Below are positions 24,785 through 34,968 of a stretch of DNA of 64,000 nt, in pieces (the first letter of the stretch is position 1; each line of letters opens with the position of its first letter). The notes beneath the pieces are model-generated. The model did not search any database and was not told the origin of the DNA. It saw nothing but the letters and a program-made list of their open reading frames with translations. This DNA comes from a bacterium (GTDB taxonomy: Bacteria > Patescibacteriota > Minisyncoccia > UBA6257 > GWB1-50-10): assembly GCA_021812365.1 (NCBI GenBank), contig JAKANQ010000001.1, positions 32,763-96,762 on the forward strand, in the 5' to 3' direction. A program made the translations under genes and the position numbers.

Positions 24785-26311
24785 ATGCTCACATTCATAG
24801 ATTCATTTCTTAATAAGACGACGATGTATCGCGTAGTACTTTATTATCTTGCATCCCTTCTTGGTATCGCGTTCGTTCTCAGTTTTTTCGGGGTTCTTCC
24901 ATTTACTCCGCTCCCGCTTTTACTATCCATTGCCGTTCTTGTGATGGTATCGTGGGCGGTAAATACCGCATTCGCATTCATATTCGAGGCTCCGACGAAT
25001 ATTGAATCGACATTCATTACCGCGTTCATTCTGGCGCTCATCATCACTCCCGCTTCTCTTAGCCATTTTTCATCATTCCTCGCTTTTATTCTATGGGCAT
25101 CAATTTGGGCTATGGCATCAAAGTTCATTTTTGCCATTGGAAATAAGCATATATTCAATCCCGCGGCGTTCGCAGTCGCGCTTACCGCAGTCACTCTCAA
25201 TCAATCGGCGAGCTGGTGGATCGGCAATTCATGGATGGCATTATTCGTATTGTTGGGAGGAATATTGCTTGTGAGAAAATTGAAACGCTTCGACCTCGCT
25301 TTTTCCTTCTTTGTTGTGGCATTCGTAACCATCATTGGATTTGGCATCGCCATGGGTGGCGAGCTTGTGCAACTTATGCAGCGAATGCTTTTCAATTCTC
25401 CTCTTCTTTTCTTTTCATTCGTAATGATCACCGAACCTCTTACTACGCCTCCCACGCGATTGCTTAGAATGCTCTATGGGGCGTTTGTAGGATTCTTATT
25501 TGCCCCAGGAGTCCATGTGGGGTCTCTTTATTCAACACCCGAATTGGCGCTGCTTGTAGGGAATCTTTATTCATATGCCGTAAGTCCCAAGAAGAAACAT
25601 ATTTTGAAACTTGAAGAAAGAGTCAAGGTCACGCCAACTATCTTTGATTTTGTGTTCAATACCGATGAGCAGTTTGAATTCAAACCAGGCCAGTATTTGG
25701 AATGGACATTAGGACATTATAGGCCCGATGACCGCGGCAATAGGCGCTATTTTACGATTGCGTCGTCGCCCACCGAACCGGGAATACGGCTTGGTGTTAA
25801 GTTCTACGAACCTCCAAGCACATTCAAGAAAACACTTGCATTCATGCGTCCCGGAGATGAGCTTGTTGCTTCGCAGCTTTCCGGAGATTTCGTACTTCCT
25901 ACCGACATTAGAAAAAAATTAGTATTCATCGCGGGGGGCGTGGGGATCACTCCGTTTCGAAGCATGATAAAGTATCTCTCCGATAAGGATGAGAAGAGGG
26001 ATGTGATACTCCTCTACTCCAACAGGACCGCAGATGAGATTGCATATAAGAATGTATTCGATGAAGCGGCCCAAAAGATAGGACTTAAAGCTCTCTATGC
26101 GGTCACCGATGCGAAAGCGAATATTCCCGATTGGTGCCACGGAGGTGTCATCGATGGAAGGATGATTGCGGCGAACATTCCCGATTACAAAGAACGCGTC
26201 TTCTATATTTCGGGACCGAGGGTCATGGTTGACGCGTTTCAAAGTACGTTAAAAGGATTGGGCGTGAAACGGAAACAGATAAAAATCGATTTTTTCCCAG
26301 GATTCGCATAA
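24785..26311 (+). CDS. membrane oxidoreductase: RnfD/NqrB-like polytopic N-terminus fused to an FNR-type FAD/NAD(P)-binding domain
   Basis: N-terminal multi-TM region with HIFNPAAF (NPA motif of RnfD/NqrB-like proteins). C-terminal RYFTIASSP (FAD-binding RxYS/T), GGVGITPF (NAD-binding). Start trimmed to the Met at 24785 to avoid overlap with apbE. Confidence 0.55.
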   Translation: MLTFIDSFLNKTTMYRVVLYYLASLLGIAFVLSFFGVLPFTPLPLLLSIAVLVMVSWAVNTAFAFIFEAPTNIESTFITAFILALIITPASLSHFSSFLAFILWASIWAMASKFIFAIGNKHIFNPAAFAVALTAVTLNQSASWWIGNSWMALFVLLGGILLVRKLKRFDLAFSFFVVAFVTIIGFGIAMGGELVQLMQRMLFNSPLLFFSFVMITEPLTTPPTRLLRMLYGAFVGFLFAPGVHVGSLYSTPELALLVGNLYSYAVSPKKKHILKLEERVKVTPTIFDFVFNTDEQFEFKPGQYLEWTLGHYRPDDRGNRRYFTIASSPTEPGIRLGVKFYEPPSTFKKTLAFMRPGDELVASQLSGDFVLPTDIRKKLVFIAGGVGITPFRSMIKYLSDKDEKRDVILLYSNRTADEIAYKNVFDEAAQKIGLKALYAVTDAKANIPDWCHGGVIDGRMIAANIPDYKERVFYISGPRVMVDAFQSTLKGLGVKRKQIKIDFFPGFA

Positions 26312-26315
26312 TAAG

Positions 26316-26344
26316 AAAATACCGCCATGAAGACGGTATTTTTA
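26316..26344. terminator. hairpin terminator (bidirectional)
   Basis: aaaataccg-(9 nt loop)-cggtattttt. Confidence 0.5.
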
Positions 26345-26353
26345 TCGGTATTA

Positions 26354-26791
26354 CTATTGCTGCGGAATAGGAGTCTGAGGAATAGGCCTTATCTGAATCA
26401 TTTGAGCGGACATACTTCCGTCGGAATTCAATGTTCCATTCGCATTTATTTCCTTGCCGATCTGAAGGTCATTCAGCGTTCCGCTAGTTGATTTTGAGAT
26501 TTGCGTTGTCCCTGAGAAGAAGACGAATCGCGAGCTTCCATCCCTTGATTTCACGGTAATACTCTTATCGTCTTTATTCGTTATCTCGCCCATGATGAAA
26601 TTCGCGTTCGAGACGCCGCCCCTCCTCCCCTGTATTCCGTAGATTCCCCTTTGGACCCCCCCGTTTTGCAGAACATTGGCCGCGCTGTTTTTGCCGTATT
26701 GAATACCTCCCCAAAAACCAAGCAAGACCGCCATTACCATCCCTATTGCGAACATCATTGTTTTATTTTTTTTCATATTTAATTTATTCAT
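26354..26791 (-). CDS. small secreted/periplasmic protein, paralog of the ORF at 30318..30812
   Basis: 145 aa. Signal anchor, Gly-rich segment, shared motifs (ITVKSRDGSS ... LQIGKEINANG ... IQIRP) and a C-terminal PQTPIPQQ tail. Sits at the distal end of the MacAB operon. Confidence 0.45.
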   Translation of the reverse strand: MNKLNMKKNKTMMFAIGMVMAVLLGFWGGIQYGKNSAANVLQNGGVQRGIYGIQGRRGGVSNANFIMGEITNKDDKSITVKSRDGSSRFVFFSGTTQISKSTSGTLNDLQIGKEINANGTLNSDGSMSAQMIQIRPIPQTPIPQQ

Positions 26792-28040
26792 ATCTTAGTG
26801 CTTCAATCGGATTCAATTTTGCCGCTCGGCGCGCGGGATAATATCCGAAGATGATTCCAATTGCAGCCGAAACTCCGAAGGCAAGCATCACTGACGTTGT
26901 TGAGACTGTAGTTGTAATGCTTGCAAACGTTGAAATGAGCCACGCGAAGAACCAGCCGAATAGCACACCGATCAATCCACCAAGGAATGTAAGCATTATT
27001 GATTCCGCAAGGAATTGCGTGCTTATATCCTTTTTCTTCGCACCAATCGCCTTTCTAAGGCCTATTTCGCGTGTTCGCTCGGTTACGGTGGTCAACATCA
27101 TATTCATGATGCCAATGCCGCCCACGAGAAGAGATATGCCCGCGATTGCGCCAAGAAGTATCGTGAATATTCCTGTCACCGAGGATGCGGTTGCAACGAT
27201 GTCCGCTTGGTTTATAACACTGAAATCGGCTTTGGTGGGATCTTTGATATTGTGCCGCTCAAGTAAAATATCTGTTATTTGCTGTTGAATGGCGGACATT
27301 GAGTTCGCGTCTTCTGCGGCGATACTGATGGATGTGACATAAGTATCTCCCGCAAGGTATCGCTGCGCGGTTGAAAGCGGAACGAATACCATATCATCTT
27401 GACTTCCAAATCCACTGCCACCCTTTGCTTTTGTAACTCCTATTATCTTGAAGTCAACCTTATTGATTCGTATCGTCTGCCCTATGGGGTCGCTATCGGT
27501 TCCAAAAAGGTCATCTCGCGTAGTGGGTCCGATGACCGCAACGCGGGAAAGACTTTTCACATTTTGATCACTGATGAATGTACCACTATCAACTTCGACA
27601 TTACGTACGGTCGGATACGAAGCGACGGTTCCCACCACCTGGGTATTTGTGTTCGTTCCTTTTGCGGTAACTTGATATCTGCGTGATATTTCAGGAGCGA
27701 CTGCTTTTGCGAGGTCAACTTCCTTTATGATGGCGTCCGCATCTTCCTGTGTCAGTGTTTGCGCGGTTCCGCGCCCCTCGCTTATTTGTACGCCAGGGCC
27801 GCGTTGTGCCCCCGGAGTGACGATGAGAAGGTTTGAACCGATTGATTGTATCTTTGATTCAATTGAGCTCTGCGCGCCCTGACCGATTGATACCATGGCA
27901 ATGACGGATCCGATACCTATTACGATACCAAGCATGGTAAGTCCGGTTCTCACCTTATTGACCGTAAGCGATGAATATGTTTCCGACAAAAGATCAGGTA
28001 GTTTCATGGGTATGATGAAGAGTTGCGACTCTTTTTGCAC
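26784..28040 (-). CDS. ABC transporter permease, MacB/FtsX family
   Basis: 418 aa. N-terminal TM, a large periplasmic domain, and a C-terminal FtsX-like 3-TM bundle. The start is probably the Met at 28007. Confidence 0.65.
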   Translation of the reverse strand: MQKESQLFIIPMKLPDLLSETYSSLTVNKVRTGLTMLGIVIGIGSVIAMVSIGQGAQSSIESKIQSIGSNLLIVTPGAQRGPGVQISEGRGTAQTLTQEDADAIIKEVDLAKAVAPEISRRYQVTAKGTNTNTQVVGTVASYPTVRNVEVDSGTFISDQNVKSLSRVAVIGPTTRDDLFGTDSDPIGQTIRINKVDFKIIGVTKAKGGSGFGSQDDMVFVPLSTAQRYLAGDTYVTSISIAAEDANSMSAIQQQITDILLERHNIKDPTKADFSVINQADIVATASSVTGIFTILLGAIAGISLLVGGIGIMNMMLTTVTERTREIGLRKAIGAKKKDISTQFLAESIMLTFLGGLIGVLFGWFFAWLISTFASITTTVSTTSVMLAFGVSAAIGIIFGYYPARRAAKLNPIEALRYE

Positions 28041-28719
28041 TATTTTCCTTATCTTCGATGATAAGTCCGTCCTGAATGTGTATTATCCTATCAGCGTGTT
28101 CTGCTACGTACCGTTCATGGGTGATTAATACTATGGTATGCGCATGATGTTCATTTAACTTTTGAAATGTATCAAGAACGATCTCTCCGGTTTTAGAATC
28201 AAGATTTCCCGTAGGCTCATCGGCAAAGATTATGCTCGGATTATTCACGAGTGCGCGCGCAATAGCCACGCGCTGCATCTGTCCTCCCGAAAGCTGATTT
28301 GAAAGATGATTCCAGCGCCCTTCTTCAAGGCCCGCCGAAGTGAGCGCGTCTTTTGCGAGCATTTCACGTTTTTGTTTCGGAACTTCCGAATAAAGGAGCG
28401 GGAGCGTCACATTTCTCATGACAGTAGCTCGTGAAAGGAGGTTAAACGATTGGAATACGAATCCAATCTTATTTTTTCTTACGTCCGCCAATTCATCATC
28501 TGAGAGTTTTGACACATCTCGCCCATCCAGAAAATAGGTTCCCGATGTTGGACTGTCGAGAGCGCCTAAAATATGCATAAGTGTTGATTTGCCCGAACCA
28601 GAGGGGCCCATTATTGCCACATATTCCCCGTCATTGATGGTGAATGAGATTCCCTTGAGAACATCGGTCTCGGTTTCGCCGTTTTTATAGGTCTTTGTGA
28701 TATTTTTACACTCGATCAT
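27994..28719 (-). CDS. ABC transporter ATP-binding protein (MacB/LolD-like)
   Basis: Walker [10 protein letters not shown], signature [15 protein letters not shown], Walker B IIFADEPT. Confidence 0.75.
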   Translation of the reverse strand: MIECKNITKTYKNGETETDVLKGISFTINDGEYVAIMGPSGSGKSTLMHILGALDSPTSGTYFLDGRDVSKLSDDELADVRKNKIGFVFQSFNLLSRATVMRNVTLPLLYSEVPKQKREMLAKDALTSAGLEEGRWNHLSNQLSGGQMQRVAIARALVNNPSIIFADEPTGNLDSKTGEIVLDTFQKLNEHHAHTIVLITHERYVAEHADRIIHIQDGLIIEDKENSAKRVATLHHTHETT

Positions 28720-28727
28720 GATGGTGG

Positions 28728-30314
28728 TTATCTGCCAAATCCGGGAATTCTCAATCCCGAACCTTGAGTTTGCGTGGTCGTCTTTGCGGTGGGAGCTATG
28801 CTCCGCGTCACCACCTCATCGCCTTCCTGAAGTCCGCTTACTATTTCGGTCATCGTGTCATTTGAAGCGCCTATCGTCACTGTTTGTTCCTTTGGCACTG
28901 CCTCAGTCGTTGTCGTATTTTGCGCAGTGTCAATTATTTCAACATAATGCTCATTTCCTTGGTTCTTTACCGCCGCGTTGGGAACAAGCAAAACATCCTG
29001 CTTGATGTTGGTTATTATCGCGGCAGTTACGCTCATGCCCGGTTTAATTCCGCTGTCTTTGCCATCAAATCCAACTTTTACATTGTATGTAACGACTCCT
29101 TGAGAAATGGTTCCTATCGTATCGATTTCAATTACTTTTCCGGTCAAACTCAAGCCATCGAGAGCGTCGAATGTGAGCGTTGCTTTTTGCCCTATTTTCA
29201 CCTTTGATACGTCAACTTCGTTGAGCGCTATTTCGGCGTAGAAATTTGAAGAAATGAGCGTCGCAAAGACAGATGAAGGTGATGCGGTATCCCCAACCTC
29301 CGGAGTCACTGTTGCAATTACGCCGCTAAACGGTGCGCGTATCGTGTAATACTGAAGCGCAGCTTGTGCGTCAGCAAGCGCGTTTTCTCGCTGTCGTATC
29401 GTAAGTTCTTGAGATGCTACATCATATGGCGCATTCGTGATCGAAGAGAGGACGGAGGAAAGATTCGCAATATGCGGATTTATTTCAGAGGTGTATGTGG
29501 TAAGATCCGTCTTATGTTTGAGGATAAGAGATGAATAGATAGTCGGAATCGTTCTGCCTCGCTGCGTATAATAATCGTTCACATAGTCGAGAACGTTGGT
29601 GGTGTTTTTTATCGCGTCGGCAGTCTTTGTCGCGACATCGGCTGTCTCATTTGCAAATGCCACGATTGTATCTTGCGAATCGTTTCTGTTCAATGTGTGA
29701 TAATTTGCGAACGTCGTATCATAGGCGTTACGAGCGGTCTGATAGCTTGATTCAGCGCTATTCACAAGCGGCGTGATGGCATCTCTGTCCTGCGGATCTA
29801 TGAGGTTAAGATATGAGACGATTGTTTTATCGTGAAGCGCGTCATTCAAGCCCGTCATGATGGTCGGCAGATCAAGGAATGTATTTGAAATCTCGTTATA
29901 TGTATCCGAAACGAGCTGATCGGTGTTTGCGCCAGATTCCTTTAGAATGGTGAGCTGGAGTTTGCTTGAATCAAGATTCACTTCGGCATCGCGCACCGCC
30001 TTTTCTGCATCCGTAGTATCCAGACGGCCTATTACCTCCCCCTCCGAAACATATTGTCCGTTATGAACAAGAATCGAGGTGATTCTTCCCGATGTTTCCG
30101 GTTTTATGTCGATTTGGTTCAATACCGAGACCTGACCGCTTCCCGATACTGAAGTAACAAGGGTGCCTTTTTCCGCAGCCGAGGAGACATATTGCGTGGA
30201 GGGTGTCGCGGCGGTAAGTTTCGCATAACCATAGTATGCCGTTGTGGCCATCACTATTGCGAGAACGACTGATGTAATTCTATGTCCGGAGATCCAATGC
30301 GTAATTTTTTTCAT
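28728..30314 (-). CDS. HlyD/MacA-like periplasmic adaptor (membrane fusion protein)
   Basis: 528 aa. TM anchor, lipoyl halves, long coiled-coil, beta-barrel and C-terminal domains. Confidence 0.6.
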   Translation of the reverse strand: MKKITHWISGHRITSVVLAIVMATTAYYGYAKLTAATPSTQYVSSAAEKGTLVTSVSGSGQVSVLNQIDIKPETSGRITSILVHNGQYVSEGEVIGRLDTTDAEKAVRDAEVNLDSSKLQLTILKESGANTDQLVSDTYNEISNTFLDLPTIMTGLNDALHDKTIVSYLNLIDPQDRDAITPLVNSAESSYQTARNAYDTTFANYHTLNRNDSQDTIVAFANETADVATKTADAIKNTTNVLDYVNDYYTQRGRTIPTIYSSLILKHKTDLTTYTSEINPHIANLSSVLSSITNAPYDVASQELTIRQRENALADAQAALQYYTIRAPFSGVIATVTPEVGDTASPSSVFATLISSNFYAEIALNEVDVSKVKIGQKATLTFDALDGLSLTGKVIEIDTIGTISQGVVTYNVKVGFDGKDSGIKPGMSVTAAIITNIKQDVLLVPNAAVKNQGNEHYVEIIDTAQNTTTTEAVPKEQTVTIGASNDTMTEIVSGLQEGDEVVTRSIAPTAKTTTQTQGSGLRIPGFGR

Positions 30315-30317
30315 AGA

Positions 30318-30812
30318 TTATTGTGGGTTTGTTGAGGAAGGGGTTTGTGGAGGAGGCGGTAAAACTCTTACCAATTTTGCCTCTATCTGTCCTTCTTCGT
30401 TCGGATTACCCAAGACCGCCACCCATTCTCCGGGTTTCAAATCACTCGCAAGCACGTCGTCTCTAAATCGTTTGATGAGCGTGGAACTTGAAAGAAGGAC
30501 CGCCTTCTCCGCGCCGTCACGATCTTGAATGATGAGCGTGGAACTTGAATTCTTCAGTATCGGACCTCCTACGCCATGTCCCATCAAAAATTCCCCACCA
30601 CGAAACCCTTCATTGATACCCATCCTTTCGCGCCCCATGAAATTACGATAGTAATTATTTCCCCAGTTATATGAGAAAGAGGCCTTTCTTATTCCCACAT
30701 ACTCACCCGCTTTAAAGGCGAGCAATAAGACGAAAAGCGCGCCCACGATGCGAATCACATATTTTGCGGCTTTCGAATTTATTATTTCCTGCAGTTTTGT
30801 TTTTGTATTCAT
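30318..30812 (-). CDS. small periplasmic protein, paralog of the ORF at 26354..26791
   Basis: 164 aa. TM anchor and a C-terminal PPPPQTPSSTNPQ tail. Motifs shared with the 145-aa protein. Confidence 0.45.
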   Translation of the reverse strand: MNTKTKLQEIINSKAAKYVIRIVGALFVLLLAFKAGEYVGIRKASFSYNWGNNYYRNFMGRERMGINEGFRGGEFLMGHGVGGPILKNSSSTLIIQDRDGAEKAVLLSSSTLIKRFRDDVLASDLKPGEWVAVLGNPNEEGQIEAKLVRVLPPPPQTPSSTNPQ

Positions 30813-30818
30813 ATGTTT

Positions 30819-31235
30819 TTAAATAGTTACGAACGTCGACTTCATTGTTGCTCTTATATTGAGTAGCAGCTGCCGCATTGAGAATAGGAAGAGAAACACG
30901 CTTCCGAATATTCCCACAGTGGCGAATATGGGTAAGGATTCCGCAAGTGACATAAGGAAGTCCTGCCAGTATGTGGCTACAATCTTTGCGTCGGAAAAAA
31001 GAAGAGATACGAATTGCAAAAAGCCCGATTGCGCGAATTCGCTGTAGAATTCCTTTGATACCGAAATAAGCGCAATGAGAGCGACAAATGTCATTGCGCC
31101 AAATAAAACAATGCGCGTATATACCGTGCCCCTTTTCTTCTTCGCCTCAATTTGGAGCATCGCTCCGCGTATAAGCCATTCGGGGGCTCCCTTTTCGGGC
31201 AGATACGAGAATAATTTTTTGTAATCGTTTTGCAT
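30819..31235 (-). CDS. membrane protein, putative anti-sigma factor (by position)
   Basis: 138 aa. Short cytoplasmic N-terminus plus TM helices. Immediately downstream of the ECF sigma gene. Confidence 0.35.
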   Translation of the reverse strand: MQNDYKKLFSYLPEKGAPEWLIRGAMLQIEAKKKRGTVYTRIVLFGAMTFVALIALISVSKEFYSEFAQSGFLQFVSLLFSDAKIVATYWQDFLMSLAESLPIFATVGIFGSVFLFLFSMRQLLLNIRATMKSTFVTI

Positions 31236-31286
31236 GGTCCGACTCCTACTCTAGTACAACGATAACGTCATTTCGGGTGCAATCCT

Positions 31287-31847
31287 TTAATAATCGAAGT
31301 TTTTCTTTAATTGCATAAGTGCTCGACGGTGCTTGCTTTTTATAGTATTAATCGACTCATTTTCCAGCTCGGCTATCTCTTGAAGGGACAGCTCCTCTTT
31401 ATAATGGAGTAAAAGAATCGAGCGATATATGGGATTCAGCGCATCAATTGCCTTTGAAAGCTGAAGACCGAGATCGGCGCGCGTGAAGAGTTCTTCGGGT
31501 AGAGGTGAATCATCCGCAATCGTTTCTATGAAATTTTCCGGCTCATCGCGTTCATTACTAACGGGGACATCGGAAAAAAGCTTAGGTTTTTTCTTTTTAA
31601 GCCAATTAAACGAAGCATTTTTTGCAATGGCAAAGATCCATGTTTTGAATTTTTTTGTTCGGTCGAATCTTTCAATGTTCTTCCATGCGCTTACGAATAC
31701 ATCCTGCGTGATATCTTCGGCATCTCCCGCATTCCCCACAAGGTAATAGATGTAATTATAAATAGGCCCCATATACTCTTTTATAAGAGTTTCGAGCGCA
31801 TACTGATCGCCACGCAAGAACGCATATATAAGTTCCTCATCTTTCAT
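31287..31847 (-). CDS. RNA polymerase ECF-type sigma-70 factor
   Basis: 186 aa. Region 2 (DITQDVFVSAWKNIERFD ... TWIFAIAKN) and region 4 HTH (LSLQEIAELENESINTIKSKHRRAL). Confidence 0.7.
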   Translation of the reverse strand: MKDEELIYAFLRGDQYALETLIKEYMGPIYNYIYYLVGNAGDAEDITQDVFVSAWKNIERFDRTKKFKTWIFAIAKNASFNWLKKKKPKLFSDVPVSNERDEPENFIETIADDSPLPEELFTRADLGLQLSKAIDALNPIYRSILLLHYKEELSLQEIAELENESINTIKSKHRRALMQLKKNFDY

Positions 31848-32015
31848 GTTTGTATCACTTTAAATAGTATTCTCAATTTATGCGAATGAAAACCTCGCCT
31901 CCCTATTACGCAAAATGGATTATTTTTTATTTGGTTTCTCGAATGCGGGCTTTTCCTTCGCTCATTATAGCAATCTAATTCTCAAAAATCGTGAGTTTTG
32001 TGATATGCTAAAGAG

Positions 32016-32615
32016 ATGACGGGGCTTAGCACCACAGCGATAATCGCGCTTCTTATCAAATATAGGTATTTCCTTATTTTCCCCATTGCTGTTCTTGAGG
32101 GTCCAATCATATCAATGGTTGTGGGGTTTCTTATTTATGCCGGATATCTGAACGGCATTGTCGCATTCGGCCTGCTGATTCTTGCCGATCTCGTGGGAGA
32201 TTCATTTTATTATTTCTTGGGCAGATTCGGACGAAAACGATTTCTTACAAAATATGGGCGTTATATAGGTATGAATGAAGCAAGGATTCTCGTTCTTGAG
32301 AAGCAATTTGAAAAAAACCATTGGAAGATACTTGCGGTGGGAAAGACGCAGGCAATAGGTTCGCTCATTCTTGTGGCGGCAGGGGTCGCAAAGGCGCCTT
32401 TCAATAAATTTTTATGGTATAACCTGCTTGGCTCATTTCCCAAAACACTCCTCTTCATCCTTATTGGATATTTCTTCGGTCATGGCTATCTGGAAATCAA
32501 TAAATTCTCGGGATATACCGGCTGGGTTTCCATCTCGTTGTCGATTTTGCTTGTATTCTCGTATATCATGGTAAGACTTTATTTAAAGAAAAAGAACAGA
32601 CTTAATGGCCAATAG
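32016..32615 (+). CDS. DedA/SNARE-associated family membrane protein
   Basis: 199 aa. DedA pattern (FPIAVLEGPIISMVVGFL ... GKTQAIGSLI). Confidence 0.55.
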   Translation: MTGLSTTAIIALLIKYRYFLIFPIAVLEGPIISMVVGFLIYAGYLNGIVAFGLLILADLVGDSFYYFLGRFGRKRFLTKYGRYIGMNEARILVLEKQFEKNHWKILAVGKTQAIGSLILVAAGVAKAPFNKFLWYNLLGSFPKTLLFILIGYFFGHGYLEINKFSGYTGWVSISLSILLVFSYIMVRLYLKKKNRLNGQ

Positions 32616-33642
32616 AGAAAAGGTGCTTATTGTTACGGATGCATGGCGGCCTCAAAAGAATGGCGTGGTCATCGCATTGGAAAAAATGAAAGAGCTTCTT
32701 GAGAAAAAAGGGTATGACGTGTCAATCGCCCATCCTTATCTTTCTTCATTCAGGCTTCCGCTCTTTTTCTATCCCGAAATAGAATTTTCCATTTTTCCCT
32801 CTCGAATCATTCGCGCCATGGTTGCGCAAGAAATGCCCGATTATATCCACATCGCTACCGAAGGGCCGCTTGGTCTTGCGGCACGCAATCATTGCGTAAG
32901 AAATAAGATACGCTTTACCACCTCGTACCATACTCACTACCCCATCTACTTGAAGCTAAGGTTCGGTTTTCTATTTGATGCGGCATACCGGTATATTCGA
33001 TGGCTTCATCGTGATGCAGTACGGACGATGGTGGCCACTGAAACCATGAAGGATGAACTTCAGAAGAGGAAATTTGAGCACCTTGTAATTTGGCCGCTCG
33101 GCGTTGATATAGATTTTTTCAAGAAAAACGAGCACGCAGTACCTCCTGATTATTTGAAAAATGCCAAGAAACCAATTTTCATATATTTTGGAAGGGTTGC
33201 AATCGAAAAAAACGTGGAAGCGTTCCTGAGATGCGATTTACCGGGAACAAAACTCGTTGTGGGCGGAGGGCCACAATGTGCGGAGCTTAAAAGGAAATAC
33301 GGCGATAATGCGTTATTTACGCATATGGAGGGCTATAAAAAAGATGAGGAATTAATCGATCTTTTGTCGCTCGCCGATGTATTCGTATTTCCATCCAAGA
33401 CGGAAACCTTTGGCCTTGTCGCACTCGAGGCTCTTGCCTGTGAGCTTCCCGTCGCCGCATATAATGTCATGGGACCAAAAGATATCGTAAGAAATGACAT
33501 CGATGGCATATTGGATGATGACCTCAAAAAAGCTGCACTCCGGTGCCTTGCGCTTCCTCGGAAGCGGCTTAGGGAACGAGCTCTCACATTTTCATGGAAT
33601 AACTCAGCGGAAACGTTCGTAAATAATCTCGCTAAGAATTAG
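32605..33642 (+). CDS. glycosyltransferase family 4 (GT-B)
   Basis: 345 aa. C-terminal EGYKKDEELIDLLSLADVFVFPSKTETFGLVALEALACELPV, the GT4 E-x7-E region. Confidence 0.65.
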   Translation: MANREKVLIVTDAWRPQKNGVVIALEKMKELLEKKGYDVSIAHPYLSSFRLPLFFYPEIEFSIFPSRIIRAMVAQEMPDYIHIATEGPLGLAARNHCVRNKIRFTTSYHTHYPIYLKLRFGFLFDAAYRYIRWLHRDAVRTMVATETMKDELQKRKFEHLVIWPLGVDIDFFKKNEHAVPPDYLKNAKKPIFIYFGRVAIEKNVEAFLRCDLPGTKLVVGGGPQCAELKRKYGDNALFTHMEGYKKDEELIDLLSLADVFVFPSKTETFGLVALEALACELPVAAYNVMGPKDIVRNDIDGILDDDLKKAALRCLALPRKRLRERALTFSWNNSAETFVNNLAKN

Positions 33643-34331
33643 TGGGATTTTCTGTCCACTTTCAGCTTGTGCATCCTATAATTTTGCTTAATTATACCCT
33701 TTACGCTTACGAGTTGAATGATTTCGCGTATCATTTTGATATCGCCCCAAATGCCTTTCCAGAATCCTGCTTTCGCGGATTTTCTTGGAGTTATCACATT
33801 CTTCCATTTCACTATCTTGATACGATGTGAATTATCTATGAGCACCTGATTAAAAAATGATTCGATTGCAAAACTTGGCAATTTCTCAATATCATCTAAA
33901 TGCGGCGCTATAATGGCCTTTTTAAATACTCTTTCCCCCGAGATATAATCCATGCCGATAAGATGCATTATTGGAAGACTGTTCTTTCTCAAGCTTATCG
34001 ATATATCAGCTTCACCATTCAAAACCGGCTCAATGAGCCTTGTCACATCTTCTTTGCATATGCCGACAAGGTCCGCATCAAGCATGCATAGATAATCGAA
34101 TTTTGCGTTGCGAATTCCCGTCACTACCGCAAAACTCTTCCCCCTATTTTTGGGAAGGTTGATGAGAGTGACCCCAGGCCATCGTTCCACTACCTCCTTG
34201 GTAGTGTCCGAGGAACCGTCATTAACGACAATAACCTCATCTATCAATGGATGGTTTTCAACCGCACTCAATACGTTGTGTATTCGTTTCCCCTCATTGT
34301 ATGCCGCAATTACGCAAGAAACCCCCTTCAT
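33639..34331 (-). CDS. glycosyltransferase family 2
   Basis: GT2 N-terminus MKGVSCVIAAYNEGKRI ... VIVVNDGSSDTTKEV and DxD (LDADLV). The track ORF extends to 34445, but the Met at 34331, just after the PAP2 gene stop, is the likely start. Confidence 0.6.
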   Translation of the reverse strand: MKGVSCVIAAYNEGKRIHNVLSAVENHPLIDEVIVVNDGSSDTTKEVVERWPGVTLINLPKNRGKSFAVVTGIRNAKFDYLCMLDADLVGICKEDVTRLIEPVLNGEADISISLRKNSLPIMHLIGMDYISGERVFKKAIIAPHLDDIEKLPSFAIESFFNQVLIDNSHRIKIVKWKNVITPRKSAKAGFWKGIWGDIKMIREIIQLVSVKGIIKQNYRMHKLKVDRKSH

Positions 34332-34332
34332 A

Positions 34333-34968
34333 TTATGCGGCGAAAAGCGCATAATCCTTCGAGAAGATCTTACGTGCGATATTGTATATTCCAAATGCAA
34401 TGAAGAACGCGGAAAATACATCAATCGAATAGTGAAGGTGTCCAAGAAGCACGCTTACCGCGCCCGCAATGGTCGAAATAAGGAAGAAATATTTCCAAAT
34501 ATCCCTCTTCCAATAAATGAGAGCGAGCATGAATGGAAGCCCCGTATGCGCTGAGAAGAAAAGATCGTCACCGGAACTTATTACATCCAATCCTTTTATG
34601 CCGTACCCTTGAGCTCCCGCGATTGGCGGGGCCAAGTGAGTGAGTACCATGAAAAACGACCGTATCACCACAAAAAGCGCGATGCTTTTCAATACGAAAG
34701 GGAGATCCCTCGGCTCATAGAGGAGCAGCATCACTAAGATAATCAAGAAGAGAAGCGCTCCATAGATGAACATAAAACTCATATCGATGATGGGGAGCCT
34801 ATCAAGGATGAGGTCCGTTACCACGTTGCTGGCGCTTATTGAGGTATAAATATTGGCAAAATAGTTTACAAAAAGGCTTGCCACAAGGAATAAGAGGCCC
34901 ATAAGCCCGCTCATAAGCGAGGGGCGTTTAAACCAGAATGACCTATGCTTTTGTAGTACTTCTTTCAT
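34333..34968 (-). CDS. PAP2-family membrane phosphatase
   Basis: 211 aa. PAP2 motifs (FSAHTG, GHLHYSIDV) in a polytopic protein. Confidence 0.55.
   Translation of the reverse strand: MKEVLQKHRSFWFKRPSLMSGLMGLLFLVASLFVNYFANIYTSISASNVVTDLILDRLPIIDMSFMFIYGALLFLIILVMLLLYEPRDLPFVLKSIALFVVIRSFFMVLTHLAPPIAGAQGYGIKGLDVISSGDDLFFSAHTGLPFMLALIYWKRDIWKYFFLISTIAGAVSVLLGHLHYSIDVFSAFFIAFGIYNIARKIFSKDYALFAA

Noticed and set aside
31483-31746. Plus-strand 87-aa ORF inside the ECF sigma gene
   Set aside because: It is antisense to a sigma factor with intact region 2 and region 4 motifs.
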